Below, in pieces: positions 10,872-19,885 of a stretch of DNA of 44,909 nucleotides. Numbering within the stretch: the first letter of the stretch is position 1; the number at the start of each line of letters is the position of its first letter. The notes beneath the pieces are model-generated. The model was not told the origin of the DNA, searched no databases, and worked only from the letters and a program-made list of their open reading frames with translations. The position numbers were made by a program, and so were the translations under genes. The DNA comes from Deltaproteobacteria bacterium (GTDB lineage: Bacteria > Myxococcota > Myxococcia > Myxococcales > 40CM-4-68-19), in contig JAYWAO010000012.1 in assembly GCA_043782365.1 (NCBI GenBank), forward strand, positions 1-44,909, read 5' to 3'.

Positions 10872-13007
10872 ATGGCCAGCAAGAAAGCCACCTACAACGC
10901 GTCCGACATCCAGGTCCTCGAAGGCCTCGACCCGGTCCGCAAGCGGCCCGCCATGTATATCGGCGGGACAGATAGTACCGGGTATCACCACCTCCTCTGG
11001 GAGATATTGGACAACTCCGTCGACGAGGTGATCAACGGATATGCCTCGCGCATCGAGGTGACGCTCCACCGCGACGGCCGCACCATCACGGTCACCGACG
11101 ACGGGCGCGGCATCCCCGTCGACATCATGCCCAAGTTCGGCAAGCCGGCGGTCGAGGTGCTGCTGACCACGCTGCACTCGGGCGGCAAGTTCGAGCAGGG
11201 CAACTACCTCCACTCGGGCGGACTCCACGGCGTGGGCTCGTCGGTGGTCAACGCGCTCTCGTCGAAGCTCGACATCAAGATCAAGCGCGACGGCAAGTGG
11301 CATCTACAGACCTACGAGCGCGGCGTCCCCAAGACCAAGCTCAGGGCCGAGGGCAACGCGCGCGGCACGGGCACCCACACGACCTTCACGCCCGACACCG
11401 AGGTCTTCGGTGAGCGGCTGAAGTTCGACGCCGCCCTCATCCGCGAGCGGCTGGAGGCGAAGAGCTATCTTCACCGCGGCATGGAGGTGGCGTGGCGCGA
11501 CGAGACGAAGAGCCCCGCCGAGGAGATCAACTTCAAGCACGATGGAGGGATCGCCGAGTACCTCGGCAAGCTGGTCGCCGAGCGGGGCAAGGCCACCGTG
11601 CCGGCGGCGCCGGTGGCGCGCGGCGCCAGCGTCCAGCGCGCGGGCGCGGTGAGCGTCGAGCCGGAGCAGGGCGGCGAGCCGGTGGCGCACGACCCGGACG
11701 CCATCGGTGGCTCCGTTGAGGGCGCCACGCTGGCGCTCGGCGCGCCGATCACCGCGGGTGAGCAGCCTGGGCTGTTCGATCCCAAGACGCAGACCGGCGT
11801 GCAGATCGCGCCCGGCGCGTCGTTCTACAAGTCGTCCGAAGGCGAGATGCGGCTGGAGGTGGCGCTCTGCTGGACCGAGGCCACCGACGAGGCGATCAAG
11901 AGCTACGTCAACGGCATCCCCACCTCCAGCGGCGGCACCCACGAGGCCGGGCTGCGGTCCGGCCTGGTCAAGGCGGTGCGCAACTACATCGAGACGCACG
12001 GCCACTCGCCCAAGGGTGTGACACTAACCGCGGAGGACATCCGCGAGGGCCTGCTCGCCATCCTCTCCTGCTACGTGATCGAGCCGCAGTTCCAGGGGCA
12101 GACCAAAGGCCGGCTCAACAACCCCGAGGTGGCGGCCCAGGTCGACGGCGTCATCCGGCCGGCGGTCGAGAAGTGGCTCAACGAGAACCAGAGCGTGTCC
12201 GAGGCGATCCTCGCACGGATCATCCTCGCCGCCCGCGCCCGCGAGGCGTCGCGCGCGGCCTCGCAGGCGGTCAGCCGCAAGAGCGCGGTCAGCCACAAGC
12301 TCAACCTGCCAGGCAAGCTCGCCGACTGCTCGTCTACCGACCCGGCCGACAGCGAGATCTTCATCGTCGAGGGCGACAGCGCCGGCGGCTCGGCCAAGCA
12401 GGGCCGCGACCGGCGCACGCAGGCGATCCTCCCGCTGCGCGGCAAGGTGCTCAACTCCGAGCAGGCCGGCACCGACAAGATCGCCAACAACAAAGAGCTG
12501 CAGGACATCGTCTCGGCGCTCGGCTGCGGCATCGGCGACGGCTTCGACGTCACCCGGCTGCGCTACGGAAGAGTATTCCTCTTGATGGACGCCGACTCCG
12601 ACGGCCACCACATCGCCACGCTGCTGCTGACGTTCTTCTACCGGCACCTGCGGGGGCTGATCGAGGCGGGGCACGTCTTCATCGCCCAGCCGCCGCTCTA
12701 CCGGGTGGAGCTCGGCAAGCAGGTCTTCTGGGCGCTCGACGAGAAGGACCGCGACCGGCTGGTCGCCGAGCACCAGAAGGGGAACACCAAGCCCGTCATC
12801 ACGCGGTTCAAGGGTCTGGGCGAGATGTCGGCCGACGACCTGAAGCGCACCACGCTCGACCCCAAGAAGCGCAGCGTGCTGCGGGTGGAGATCAGCGACA
12901 AGCTGGAGACCGACCGGGTGATGGCCGAGCTGATGGGCAAGGACGTGGGCGCCCGGTTCCGCTTCATCATGGAGCGGTCGAGCGAGGTCCGCGAGATCGA
13001 CGTCTAG
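10872..13007 (+). CDS. parE: Type IIA topoisomerase subunit B (ParE/GyrB family) with an internal insertion of about 90 aa
   Basis: ATG lies 3 nt after the parC-like stop. GHKL ATPase motifs ([56 protein letters not shown]). Toprim motifs ([32 protein letters not shown]). A non-conserved Ala/Gly/Pro-rich insert lies at about nt 11600-11860. Confidence 0.9.
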   Translation: MASKKATYNASDIQVLEGLDPVRKRPAMYIGGTDSTGYHHLLWEILDNSVDEVINGYASRIEVTLHRDGRTITVTDDGRGIPVDIMPKFGKPAVEVLLTTLHSGGKFEQGNYLHSGGLHGVGSSVVNALSSKLDIKIKRDGKWHLQTYERGVPKTKLRAEGNARGTGTHTTFTPDTEVFGERLKFDAALIRERLEAKSYLHRGMEVAWRDETKSPAEEINFKHDGGIAEYLGKLVAERGKATVPAAPVARGASVQRAGAVSVEPEQGGEPVAHDPDAIGGSVEGATLALGAPITAGEQPGLFDPKTQTGVQIAPGASFYKSSEGEMRLEVALCWTEATDEAIKSYVNGIPTSSGGTHEAGLRSGLVKAVRNYIETHGHSPKGVTLTAEDIREGLLAILSCYVIEPQFQGQTKGRLNNPEVAAQVDGVIRPAVEKWLNENQSVSEAILARIILAARAREASRAASQAVSRKSAVSHKLNLPGKLADCSSTDPADSEIFIVEGDSAGGSAKQGRDRRTQAILPLRGKVLNSEQAGTDKIANNKELQDIVSALGCGIGDGFDVTRLRYGRVFLLMDADSDGHHIATLLLTFFYRHLRGLIEAGHVFIAQPPLYRVELGKQVFWALDEKDRDRLVAEHQKGNTKPVITRFKGLGEMSADDLKRTTLDPKKRSVLRVEISDKLETDRVMAELMGKDVGARFRFIMERSSEVREIDV

Positions 13008-13040
13008 CAGCGGGCGCCGCAAGGCTCGTCGCGCGGGGTC

Positions 13041-13304
13041 GTGCCCGAGACGGTGGGCGCGTGCCCGGAGCTGCGCCGCCGCTGGAGCCCGCGCCTGGGG
13101 TCGCTCTTGATGATCTCCCTCGGGGTCGCTTTCGCCGCGGCAGACCTCTTGCTGCAGCGGCCCGTGGTAGCCACCTTCACCGGGCTCGCCGCGCTGGCGC
13201 TCCTCGCCCTGCCGGCGGTGGTGCGGCGGACCGCCGAGGACTTCCGCAACGCGGTGGCGCTCGCCAAGACCGAGCGGCCGGCGGGGCGCCAGGGGCTGCA
13301 CTAG
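13041..13304 (+). CDS. Small hypothetical membrane protein (two predicted TM helices)
   Basis: 87-aa ORF with a GTG start and very high GC3. Hydrophobic stretches [20 protein letters not shown] and [18 protein letters not shown]. No homology recognised. Confidence 0.45.
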   Translation: MPETVGACPELRRRWSPRLGSLLMISLGVAFAAADLLLQRPVVATFTGLAALALLALPAVVRRTAEDFRNAVALAKTERPAGRQGLH

Positions 13305-13324
13305 ACTAGCCGGGCTACCGAAGC

Positions 13325-13936
13325 TTATCGACGGCACCAGCAGTAGATGAACCGCTGCTCCGAGCCGCCCGGGGTGCGGTGCTCCTCACGCTCGCTGCGC
13401 TCCATCGAAAAGGCGGGGCCGAACTGGGCGTGGAGCGTCTCGGACGAGTAGCGGACGATCTCCAGGCCGCTGCACTTCGTCGGGCCGTCCTCGGCGAAGG
13501 TGGCGACGATCAGGTGCCCGCCGGGCTTCACCGCCGCAAGCGCAGTCTGCACGTAGCGAGCGCGAGCGTCCGGCGCGGTGAGGAAGTGGAAGACCGCGCG
13601 GTCGTGCCAGACGTCCACGCTCGCTTCGGGGAGCGCGACCTGCGTGATGTCGGCCTCGAGCCAGCGGACCTGGTCCGCGGCGGGGCCGAGGCGCTTGCGG
13701 GCCGCCTGCAGCGCGGCGCCCGAGAGATCGAGCACGGTGAGGTCGCGGAAGCCTTCGGCGAGGAGGTCGTCCACCAGCACCGAGGCGCCGCCGCCGACGT
13801 CGAGGATGGCGGCGTCGGGCCCGACGCCCGTCTCGCGGATGAGCCGCAGCGACCGCTCGGCCTTCTCCTGGAACCAGCTCACCTGCGTCGCGGCCTTCGT
13901 CTGATAGACGCGCTCCCAATGCTCTTTCTGAGACAT
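13325..13936 (-). CDS. Class I SAM-dependent methyltransferase
   Basis: ORF trimmed to the ATG at 13936, preceded by a GGGAG RBS. SAM-binding motif [16 protein letters not shown]. Acidic loop VLDLS. Confidence 0.85.
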   Translation of the reverse strand: MSQKEHWERVYQTKAATQVSWFQEKAERSLRLIRETGVGPDAAILDVGGGASVLVDDLLAEGFRDLTVLDLSGAALQAARKRLGPAADQVRWLEADITQVALPEASVDVWHDRAVFHFLTAPDARARYVQTALAAVKPGGHLIVATFAEDGPTKCSGLEIVRYSSETLHAQFGPAFSMERSEREEHRTPGGSEQRFIYCWCRR

Positions 13937-14124
13937 CGCTCCCTCTCTGAAGGCGACCGCCGTCAACGAGTGGTCGCAAGGTACCACCGCGCCGGATCCG
14001 CGGGGAGCGGCCAGGAGCCGCGTGCCAGGACGCCGCGCCAGGGCGCTGCAGGCGAGGGCCCCGTTGGAGGCCGCCGCGCTTTGGGGCTACAAGCGAGCTC
14101 CCTCTCTCGCGTGGGTGACCGGCC

Positions 14125-14793
14125 ATGGGCCTCTACCTCAAGCAGCTGCAGCTCGGGCCGATGGCGAACTTCGTCTACCTGGTGGGCGCGGAGGGCTCTG
14201 CGGAGACGGCGGTGATCGACTGCGCCTGGGACGTCGACGCCGTCCTGCAGCAGCTCGCCGCCGACGGCCGCAAGCTCACCCACGCGCTCGTCTCGCACTG
14301 GCACGCCGACCACACTTCGGGGCTCGCGCCGCTGCTGGAGGCGCAGGGAGTGCGCGTGCTGGCCGGCGCGGCCGACCTGGGCGACCTGCCCCAAGAAGTC
14401 CAGGGCGAGGCGAGGGGGCTCGCGGGCGGCGACGCCATCGAGGTGGGCCCGCTGCGGCTCCGCGCACTCCACACCCCGGGCCACACGCCGGGGAGTATTA
14501 CTTATCACCTGGAGGCCGGGCCGGGCACGGGCGAGGGCGCGGTCTTCTCGGGCGACACGCTCTTCGTCAACGCCTGCGGCCGCTGCGATCTGAGGGGCGG
14601 CGACCCCGAGCAGATGTGGCAGAGCCTGAAGCGGCTCTCCGAGCTGGGGTCGGGTGTGACACTTTACCCTGGGCACCACTACGGCGACGTGCCGGTGTCG
14701 AGCATCGGGCGCGAGCGGGAGAAGAACCCGTACCTCTCGAGGCTGGGCGCGCTCGAGGAGTTCGTCGCGCTGCGGATGCGGCCGCGGAAGTAG
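14125..14793 (+). CDS. MBL-fold metallo-hydrolase (hydroxyacylglutathione hydrolase-like)
   Basis: HxHxDH motif (VSHWHADHTSG), then later HTPGHTPGS and LYPGHHYG metal-ligand motifs. Confidence 0.85.
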   Translation: MGLYLKQLQLGPMANFVYLVGAEGSAETAVIDCAWDVDAVLQQLAADGRKLTHALVSHWHADHTSGLAPLLEAQGVRVLAGAADLGDLPQEVQGEARGLAGGDAIEVGPLRLRALHTPGHTPGSITYHLEAGPGTGEGAVFSGDTLFVNACGRCDLRGGDPEQMWQSLKRLSELGSGVTLYPGHHYGDVPVSSIGREREKNPYLSRLGALEEFVALRMRPRK

Positions 14794-14823
14794 CGCCCAG
14801 TCACCGGGAGCGAGAGCCGAGAG

Positions 14824-15582
14824 TCAGCTCTCCATGCCTGTCGACCGCAGGGGCCGCGCCGGCGCGGAGACTGCTTCGCCGCGGCCCACCAGCGACCACT
14901 TCAGCGCGACCGCCACCAGCACGAGCGAGAGCGCGCCCCAGAGAACGCCCCAGACGACGGCGGGGATGAAAGTGGCGCTCGCGAGCGCGTCGGCGTCGCT
15001 CTGGCCGCCGCCGCGCGAGGTGAGGTGAAGCAGGTCATCCTTGATGTCGAAGAGCGCGTAGAGCACCGAGAACGAAGCGAGGAACGCGAGGACGGCGCGG
15101 CGCACGCCCGCCGGGAAGTCGACGCGCGCGAGCACGATGAGCGCGGCGGTGCAGCCGAGCGTGAAGAGCAGCGTGAAGAGGTCGCGCACCCAGAGGACGG
15201 CCACCGCGCCCGTCCAGACCGCCAGCGCATAGAGCGGGACCCGCGCCTCCTTCGAGCGGCTGGCGACGAACATCAAGACGCAGCCCGACACGGTGGACCC
15301 GAGATAGCCCGCGCTGGAGACGACGATCTGCCGGAGCAAGGTGGGGTTGAAGCGGCTCCAGGTGACGCCGCCCTCGTCGGGGCTGACCTTGATCACGTCG
15401 ACCGAGCCGCCCACCAGGAGCGCGGCGACCGCGTGCCCGCTCTCGTGCATCAAGACCACCAGCAGCTTGAACGGGTAGAGCACCCACGAGTGCCAGAGGA
15501 AGACGCCCGCCAGCGCCGAGAGGCCGAGCGCGATCAGCAGGGTCTTGTCGAGGCGCTTGCCTTTGCGGCTCACGGTTCCCAT
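14824..15582 (-). CDS. Integral-membrane zinc metallopeptidase, M50B-like family
   Basis: ORF 14824..15786(-) trimmed to the ATG at 15582 (MGTVSRKGKRLDKTLLIALGLSALAGVFLW). HExxH motif inside a TM helix (LVVLMHESGHAVAALL). Multiple TM segments. Confidence 0.75.
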   Translation of the reverse strand: MGTVSRKGKRLDKTLLIALGLSALAGVFLWHSWVLYPFKLLVVLMHESGHAVAALLVGGSVDVIKVSPDEGGVTWSRFNPTLLRQIVVSSAGYLGSTVSGCVLMFVASRSKEARVPLYALAVWTGAVAVLWVRDLFTLLFTLGCTAALIVLARVDFPAGVRRAVLAFLASFSVLYALFDIKDDLLHLTSRGGGQSDADALASATFIPAVVWGVLWGALSLVLVAVALKWSLVGRGEAVSAPARPLRSTGMES

Positions 15583-15850
15583 GGCTGCAAGTGTAACGCA
15601 CGCCGGGGGGCGTTCATTTCGAGGCGGCCACGTTCTGGAAGGCGAGCGAGAGCCGCAGGTCGAGGGGGGCGATGGCGACCCGCACGGTGAGCGCGGGCGC
15701 TGCAGGAGTGGAGGGCGGCGCGAACATCCTGGAGGAGAGCATCGCAAGGCGCCGTCTACCGCGCCAGCAGCGCTTTGCACGGGCACCTGCCGGGGGGCGC
15801 GGTTATAGCCGGAAGGCGGGACAGCGCTCGCCGGCGCTAAGGAGGGCCAG

Positions 15851-16108
15851 ATGCGCAGGCTTCCATTGGTTCAGGTCGGGGATCAGGTGTTTGGCAGCGA
15901 GGGCGGCGAGGCCTTCGGCGCCGTGCGCGAGGTCGCCCCGTTCGGGCGCCCGGACCTCGTCGTCTTCGTCGAGAACGCAGGCGACTTCACCATACCGCTC
16001 CGGGCCGTCCGCGCCGTGCATGACCGGAAGGTAGTGCTGGCGATGGAGCGGCTCCCTTCCGGAGTGCTCCTGGCGGTCCGCCAGGCGCACGCGCGCGAGC
16101 AGCGGTAG
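15851..16108 (+). CDS. Small conserved hypothetical protein
   Basis: ATG 15851 is preceded by a strong RBS (AAGGAGG at 15839-15845). 85 aa, high GC3. Confidence 0.55.
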   Translation: MRRLPLVQVGDQVFGSEGGEAFGAVREVAPFGRPDLVVFVENAGDFTIPLRAVRAVHDRKVVLAMERLPSGVLLAVRQAHAREQR

Positions 16109-16161
16109 GGCGGGCGGCGCGGGTAGGCGTCGCCGGGCACGCACTCTGCTACCGTCCGCCG

Positions 16162-17844
16162 ATGCCTGCTCGCGACCTCCTGCTCCTCGGCGCCGTCCAC
16201 ACGCAGGACCCGGCGCAGCCGCGCGCCGAGGCGGTGCTGGTGCGCGGCGAGCACATCGCCCGCGTGGGCACCCGCGCCGACTGCGAGGCCGCGGCTTCGG
16301 TGAACGCCCGTGTCCTCGACCTGGGGGGCGGCTGCATCACCCCGGGCCTCGTCGATGCGCACGGCCACGCGGGCCTCTACGGCCGCACGCTGGTGGAGGT
16401 GGACCTCGCCGGTTGCACCAGCGAGGCCGAGTGCGTCGCGCGCGTGCGCGAGAGGGCGAAGACCACCCCGCGCGGGCAGTGGCTGCGCGGCGGCGGCTGG
16501 GACCAGACGCGCTGGAGCCCTCCGGAGTTCCCCACTCTCGACGCGCTCACGGCCGCCGTTCCCGACCACCCGGTGGCGCTCGCGCGGGTCGATGTCCACG
16601 CGCTCTGGGTGAACGCCCGTGCGCTCACCGCCTGCGGGCTCGACCGGGCCACGCAGGATCCGCCGGGCGGCCGCATCCTCCGCCGCGACGGCGGCGCGCC
16701 CGCGGGCACGCTGATCGACACCGCGGCCGATCTGGTCACCGCGCGCATCCCGCCGCCCACCGCGGCGGAGCTGGAGGTGCTGGTGCTGCGCGGCCTCAAC
16801 GCCCTGCGCGACCAGGGGCTCACCGGCCTGCACGACGCCGCCGCCGGGCCGCTCCTGCTCGAGGTGCTCGAGCGCCTCGCGTCGAGGGGCGCCCTGCCGA
16901 TCCGCGTCCACGCGATGATCGACGGCGGCTGCTCCGACGACGAGCTCGACCGCCGGCTGCGGCGCTTCGGGGCGCAGCGCGCGGCGGAGAGGTTGACTTT
17001 GGCAACCATTGCAACACCAACCATTGCGAACACGAGCATTGGCAAGGCCACGCCGCGGGAGCTGCCGGGCTCGCCGCGCCTCTCCGGCGGCTCGGTGAAG
17101 CTCTTCGCCGACGGCGCGCTCGGCAGCCGCGGCGCCGCGCTCTTCGACCCCTACGAGGATGACGCGGGCAACACCGGCCTCTGGGTGACCGAGCCGCACG
17201 AGCTGCGTCGGCGCATCCTCCGGCTCTTCTCGCTGGGCGTGCAGCCCGGGGTCCACTGCATCGGCGACGAGGCCTGCTTTGCCGTGCTCAGCGCCTTCGA
17301 AGAGGGCGCGCGCACGCTCGGCGGAGCGCGGCTGCGCCCGCGCGCGGAGCACCTGCAGCTGCTGCGGCCGCAGGACGCCCGGCTGCTGGCGGCCTCGGGC
17401 GCGGTGGCCTCGATGCAGCCGATCCACGCGAACAGCGACGGCCGCTGGGCCGAGTCCCGCCTCGGTCACGGCACCGAGCGGCAGCGCGGCGCCTACGCGT
17501 GGCGGCAGGCGCTGCAGGCGGGCGCGGTGTTGGCGCTCGGGAGCGACGTGCCAGTAGAGCTTCCCGACCCGCGCCTTGGGCTCGCGGCAGCAGTGGCGCG
17601 AATCCCCGCTGGAGCGAGCGCGGCCTGGATGCCCGAGCAGCGGCTGACGCTCGACGAGGCGCTGCGCGGCTTCACCTGGGGCGCGGCCTATGCCGAGCAC
17701 GCCGAGCACCTGCGCGGACAGTTGCGCGAAGGCTTGGAGGCCGATCTGACGCTTTGGGCGGACGACCTCTACGCGCTCGCGCCGGAAGCGCTGAAGTCCG
17801 CGCGGGTGGCAGGCACGGTGGTCGCCGGTGAGCTGCGCGATTGA
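16162..17844 (+). CDS. Amidohydrolase-family metal-dependent hydrolase (Amidohydro_3 / YtcJ-like)
   Basis: GLVDAHGHAGLYG metal-binding motif, then KLFADGALGSRGAAL and HCIGDEA, with a C-terminal GSDVPVE motif. Confidence 0.85.
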   Translation: MPARDLLLLGAVHTQDPAQPRAEAVLVRGEHIARVGTRADCEAAASVNARVLDLGGGCITPGLVDAHGHAGLYGRTLVEVDLAGCTSEAECVARVRERAKTTPRGQWLRGGGWDQTRWSPPEFPTLDALTAAVPDHPVALARVDVHALWVNARALTACGLDRATQDPPGGRILRRDGGAPAGTLIDTAADLVTARIPPPTAAELEVLVLRGLNALRDQGLTGLHDAAAGPLLLEVLERLASRGALPIRVHAMIDGGCSDDELDRRLRRFGAQRAAERLTLATIATPTIANTSIGKATPRELPGSPRLSGGSVKLFADGALGSRGAALFDPYEDDAGNTGLWVTEPHELRRRILRLFSLGVQPGVHCIGDEACFAVLSAFEEGARTLGGARLRPRAEHLQLLRPQDARLLAASGAVASMQPIHANSDGRWAESRLGHGTERQRGAYAWRQALQAGAVLALGSDVPVELPDPRLGLAAAVARIPAGASAAWMPEQRLTLDEALRGFTWGAAYAEHAEHLRGQLREGLEADLTLWADDLYALAPEALKSARVAGTVVAGELRD

Positions 17845-17878
17845 CACGCCCCCCGCGCGCAGGCAGATCGGGCGCCCT

Positions 17879-18820
17879 ATGACACCGAGCATGCCCAAGA
17901 AGTTCAAGGTCGGTCTGGTGCAGATGTCGTGCAGCGCGGACCCCGACGCCAACGTCGCCAAGGTGCTCGCGAAGATCCGCGAGGCCGCGGCCAAGGGCGC
18001 GAACCTCGTCTGCACGCAGGAGCTCTTCCGCACGCCCTACTTCTGCCAGCGCGAGGACGCCTCGGTGTTCGACCTCGCCGAGCCGATCCCGGGCCCGACG
18101 ACGGCAGCGCTGCAGGCGGTCGCCAAGGAGTGCGGCGTCGTCCTGGTCGGCTCGCTCTTCGAGCGGCGCGCGCCGGGCCTCTACCACAACACCGCGGTGA
18201 TCATCGACGCGGACGGGGAGCTGCTGGGCGTCTACCGCAAGATGCACATCCCCGACGACCCCGCGTACTACGAGAAGTATTACTTCACCCCGGGCGACCT
18301 CGGCTTCCGCGCTTTCGACACCAAGGTCGGCCGGATCGGCACGCTCATCTGCTGGGACCAGTGGTACCCCGAAGGCGCGCGCCTGACCGCGCTCGCCGGC
18401 GCCGACGTGCTCTTCTACCCGACGGCGATCGGCTGGCACCCGGGCGAGAAAGCGCAGTTCGGCGCGGCGCAGGCCGACGCCTGGCGCACCATCCAGCGGT
18501 CGCACTCGATCGCCAACGGCGCCTACGTCGTGGCGGTCAACCGTGTGGGCCACGAGCTCCCTCCCGGGGGCGCAGCGGCCGGCGCGGGCATCGAGTTCTG
18601 GGGCGGGTCGTTCGTGTCGGATCCGTTCGGGGTGGTGCTGGCCGAGGCGGGGCGCACCGAGGACGAGCTCCTCATCGTCGAGATCGACCGCGCCCACCAG
18701 GAGAGCGTGCGCCGCAACTGGCCGTTCCTCCGCGACCGGCGCATCGACGCCTACGGGCAGATCACGCAGCGGTTCATCGACGAGACCCCGGGGAAGCCGC
18801 CCGCGGCGGGGTCGAAGTGA
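17879..18820 (+). CDS. aguB: N-carbamoylputrescine amidase (CN-hydrolase family)
   Basis: ATG 17879 follows the upstream stop at 17844. KVGLVQMSCSADPDANV..CTQELF, GTLICWDQWYPE (catalytic Cys context) and IEFWGGSF. Adjacent to agmatine deiminase. Confidence 0.85.
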   Translation: MTPSMPKKFKVGLVQMSCSADPDANVAKVLAKIREAAAKGANLVCTQELFRTPYFCQREDASVFDLAEPIPGPTTAALQAVAKECGVVLVGSLFERRAPGLYHNTAVIIDADGELLGVYRKMHIPDDPAYYEKYYFTPGDLGFRAFDTKVGRIGTLICWDQWYPEGARLTALAGADVLFYPTAIGWHPGEKAQFGAAQADAWRTIQRSHSIANGAYVVAVNRVGHELPPGGAAAGAGIEFWGGSFVSDPFGVVLAEAGRTEDELLIVEIDRAHQESVRRNWPFLRDRRIDAYGQITQRFIDETPGKPPAAGSK

Positions 18821-19878
18821 CGCGCCCCAAGCAGGCCGCGTCGCGGATGCCCGCCGAGTGGGAGCCGCACGAGGCCACCTGGCTCGCGTGGCCCCACGAG
18901 CCCGAGGACTGGCCAGGCAAGCTCGCGCCCATCCCGTGGGTCTACGGCGAGATCATCCGGCACCTCACCGTTGGCGAGACGGTGCGCCTGCTGGTCACCG
19001 CCGCGCTCGAAAAGGAGGCGCGCAAGCTCCTCAAGCGCGTCGGCGTGGACCTCGACCGCGTGGACTTCGTGCGCGCAGCCACCGACCGCGTCTGGACCCG
19101 CGACTCGTGCCCGCAGATCCTGGTGGGCCCGCGCGGCCGCGCTGCGTGCGGGTTCCGCTTCAACGGCTGGGCGAAGTACCCGAACCACCAGCGCGACATG
19201 CGCCTGCCTGAGGTGGTCGCGCAGCACCTCGACCTGCCGCTGACCATGCCCGAGCGCACCGGTCACGCCGAGACGGGCCACCGGATCGTGCTCGAGGGCG
19301 GGGCGATCGACGTCAACGGCCGCGGCGCGATCCTCACCACCGAGGAGTGCCTGCTCTCCAAGGTGCAGGAGCGCAACCCGGGCCTCTCTCGCGCGGACTA
19401 CGAGCAGGTCTTCGCCGAGCAGCTCGGCGCGCCGCACACCATCTGGCTGGGACAGGGCATCGCCGGCGACGACACCCACGGGCACGTCGACGATCTCGCC
19501 CGCTTCGTCGAGGGCCGGACCGTCGTCATCGCCTCCGAGAAGGACCCGCGCGACGAGAACTACCAACGGCTGAAGGACAACCTGAAGCGCCTGCAGCGCG
19601 CCAAGGACCAGGACGGCCGGCCGCTCTCGGTAGTCGAATTACCGATGCCGCGCCCCATGGTGCTCGACGGCCAGCGGCTGCCCGCGAGCTACGCCAACTT
19701 CTACATCGGCAACGAAGCGGTGCTGGTGCCGACCTTCAACGACCCGGCCGACCGCGAGGCGCTCGGCGTCCTCGCGCGGCTCTTCCCCGAGCGGCGCGTG
19801 GTGGGCATCCACGCGGTCGACCTCGTCTGGGGCCTCGGCACGCTGCACTGCCTCTCGCAGCAGGAGCCGCGCGGCTAG
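18817..19878 (+). CDS. aguA: Agmatine deiminase
   Basis: GTG 18817 overlaps the aguB stop (GTGA); an alternative ATG lies at 18847 (MPAEWEPHEATWLAWPH). C-terminal catalytic GTLHCLSQQEP. Confidence 0.85.
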   Translation: MTRPKQAASRMPAEWEPHEATWLAWPHEPEDWPGKLAPIPWVYGEIIRHLTVGETVRLLVTAALEKEARKLLKRVGVDLDRVDFVRAATDRVWTRDSCPQILVGPRGRAACGFRFNGWAKYPNHQRDMRLPEVVAQHLDLPLTMPERTGHAETGHRIVLEGGAIDVNGRGAILTTEECLLSKVQERNPGLSRADYEQVFAEQLGAPHTIWLGQGIAGDDTHGHVDDLARFVEGRTVVIASEKDPRDENYQRLKDNLKRLQRAKDQDGRPLSVVELPMPRPMVLDGQRLPASYANFYIGNEAVLVPTFNDPADREALGVLARLFPERRVVGIHAVDLVWGLGTLHCLSQQEPRG

Positions 19879-19885
19879 CAAAGCG

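Noticed and set aside
10955-11045. Low-GC stretch at the 5' end of the parE-like gene (tat, aca, gat, agt, ata, ttg, gga codons).
   Set aside because: It encodes the most conserved GHKL ATP-lid region ([25 protein letters not shown]) and contains no exact copy of the enriched words, only GTATCAC. I cannot distinguish it from ordinary local codon variation without comparative data.
17000-17013. Sigma-54-like TGGCA..TTGCA inside the amidohydrolase low-GC patch.
   Set aside because: The GG-to-GC spacing is 10 nt rather than the 12 nt seen in the consensus and in the pilA promoter of this window, so it is unlikely to be functional.
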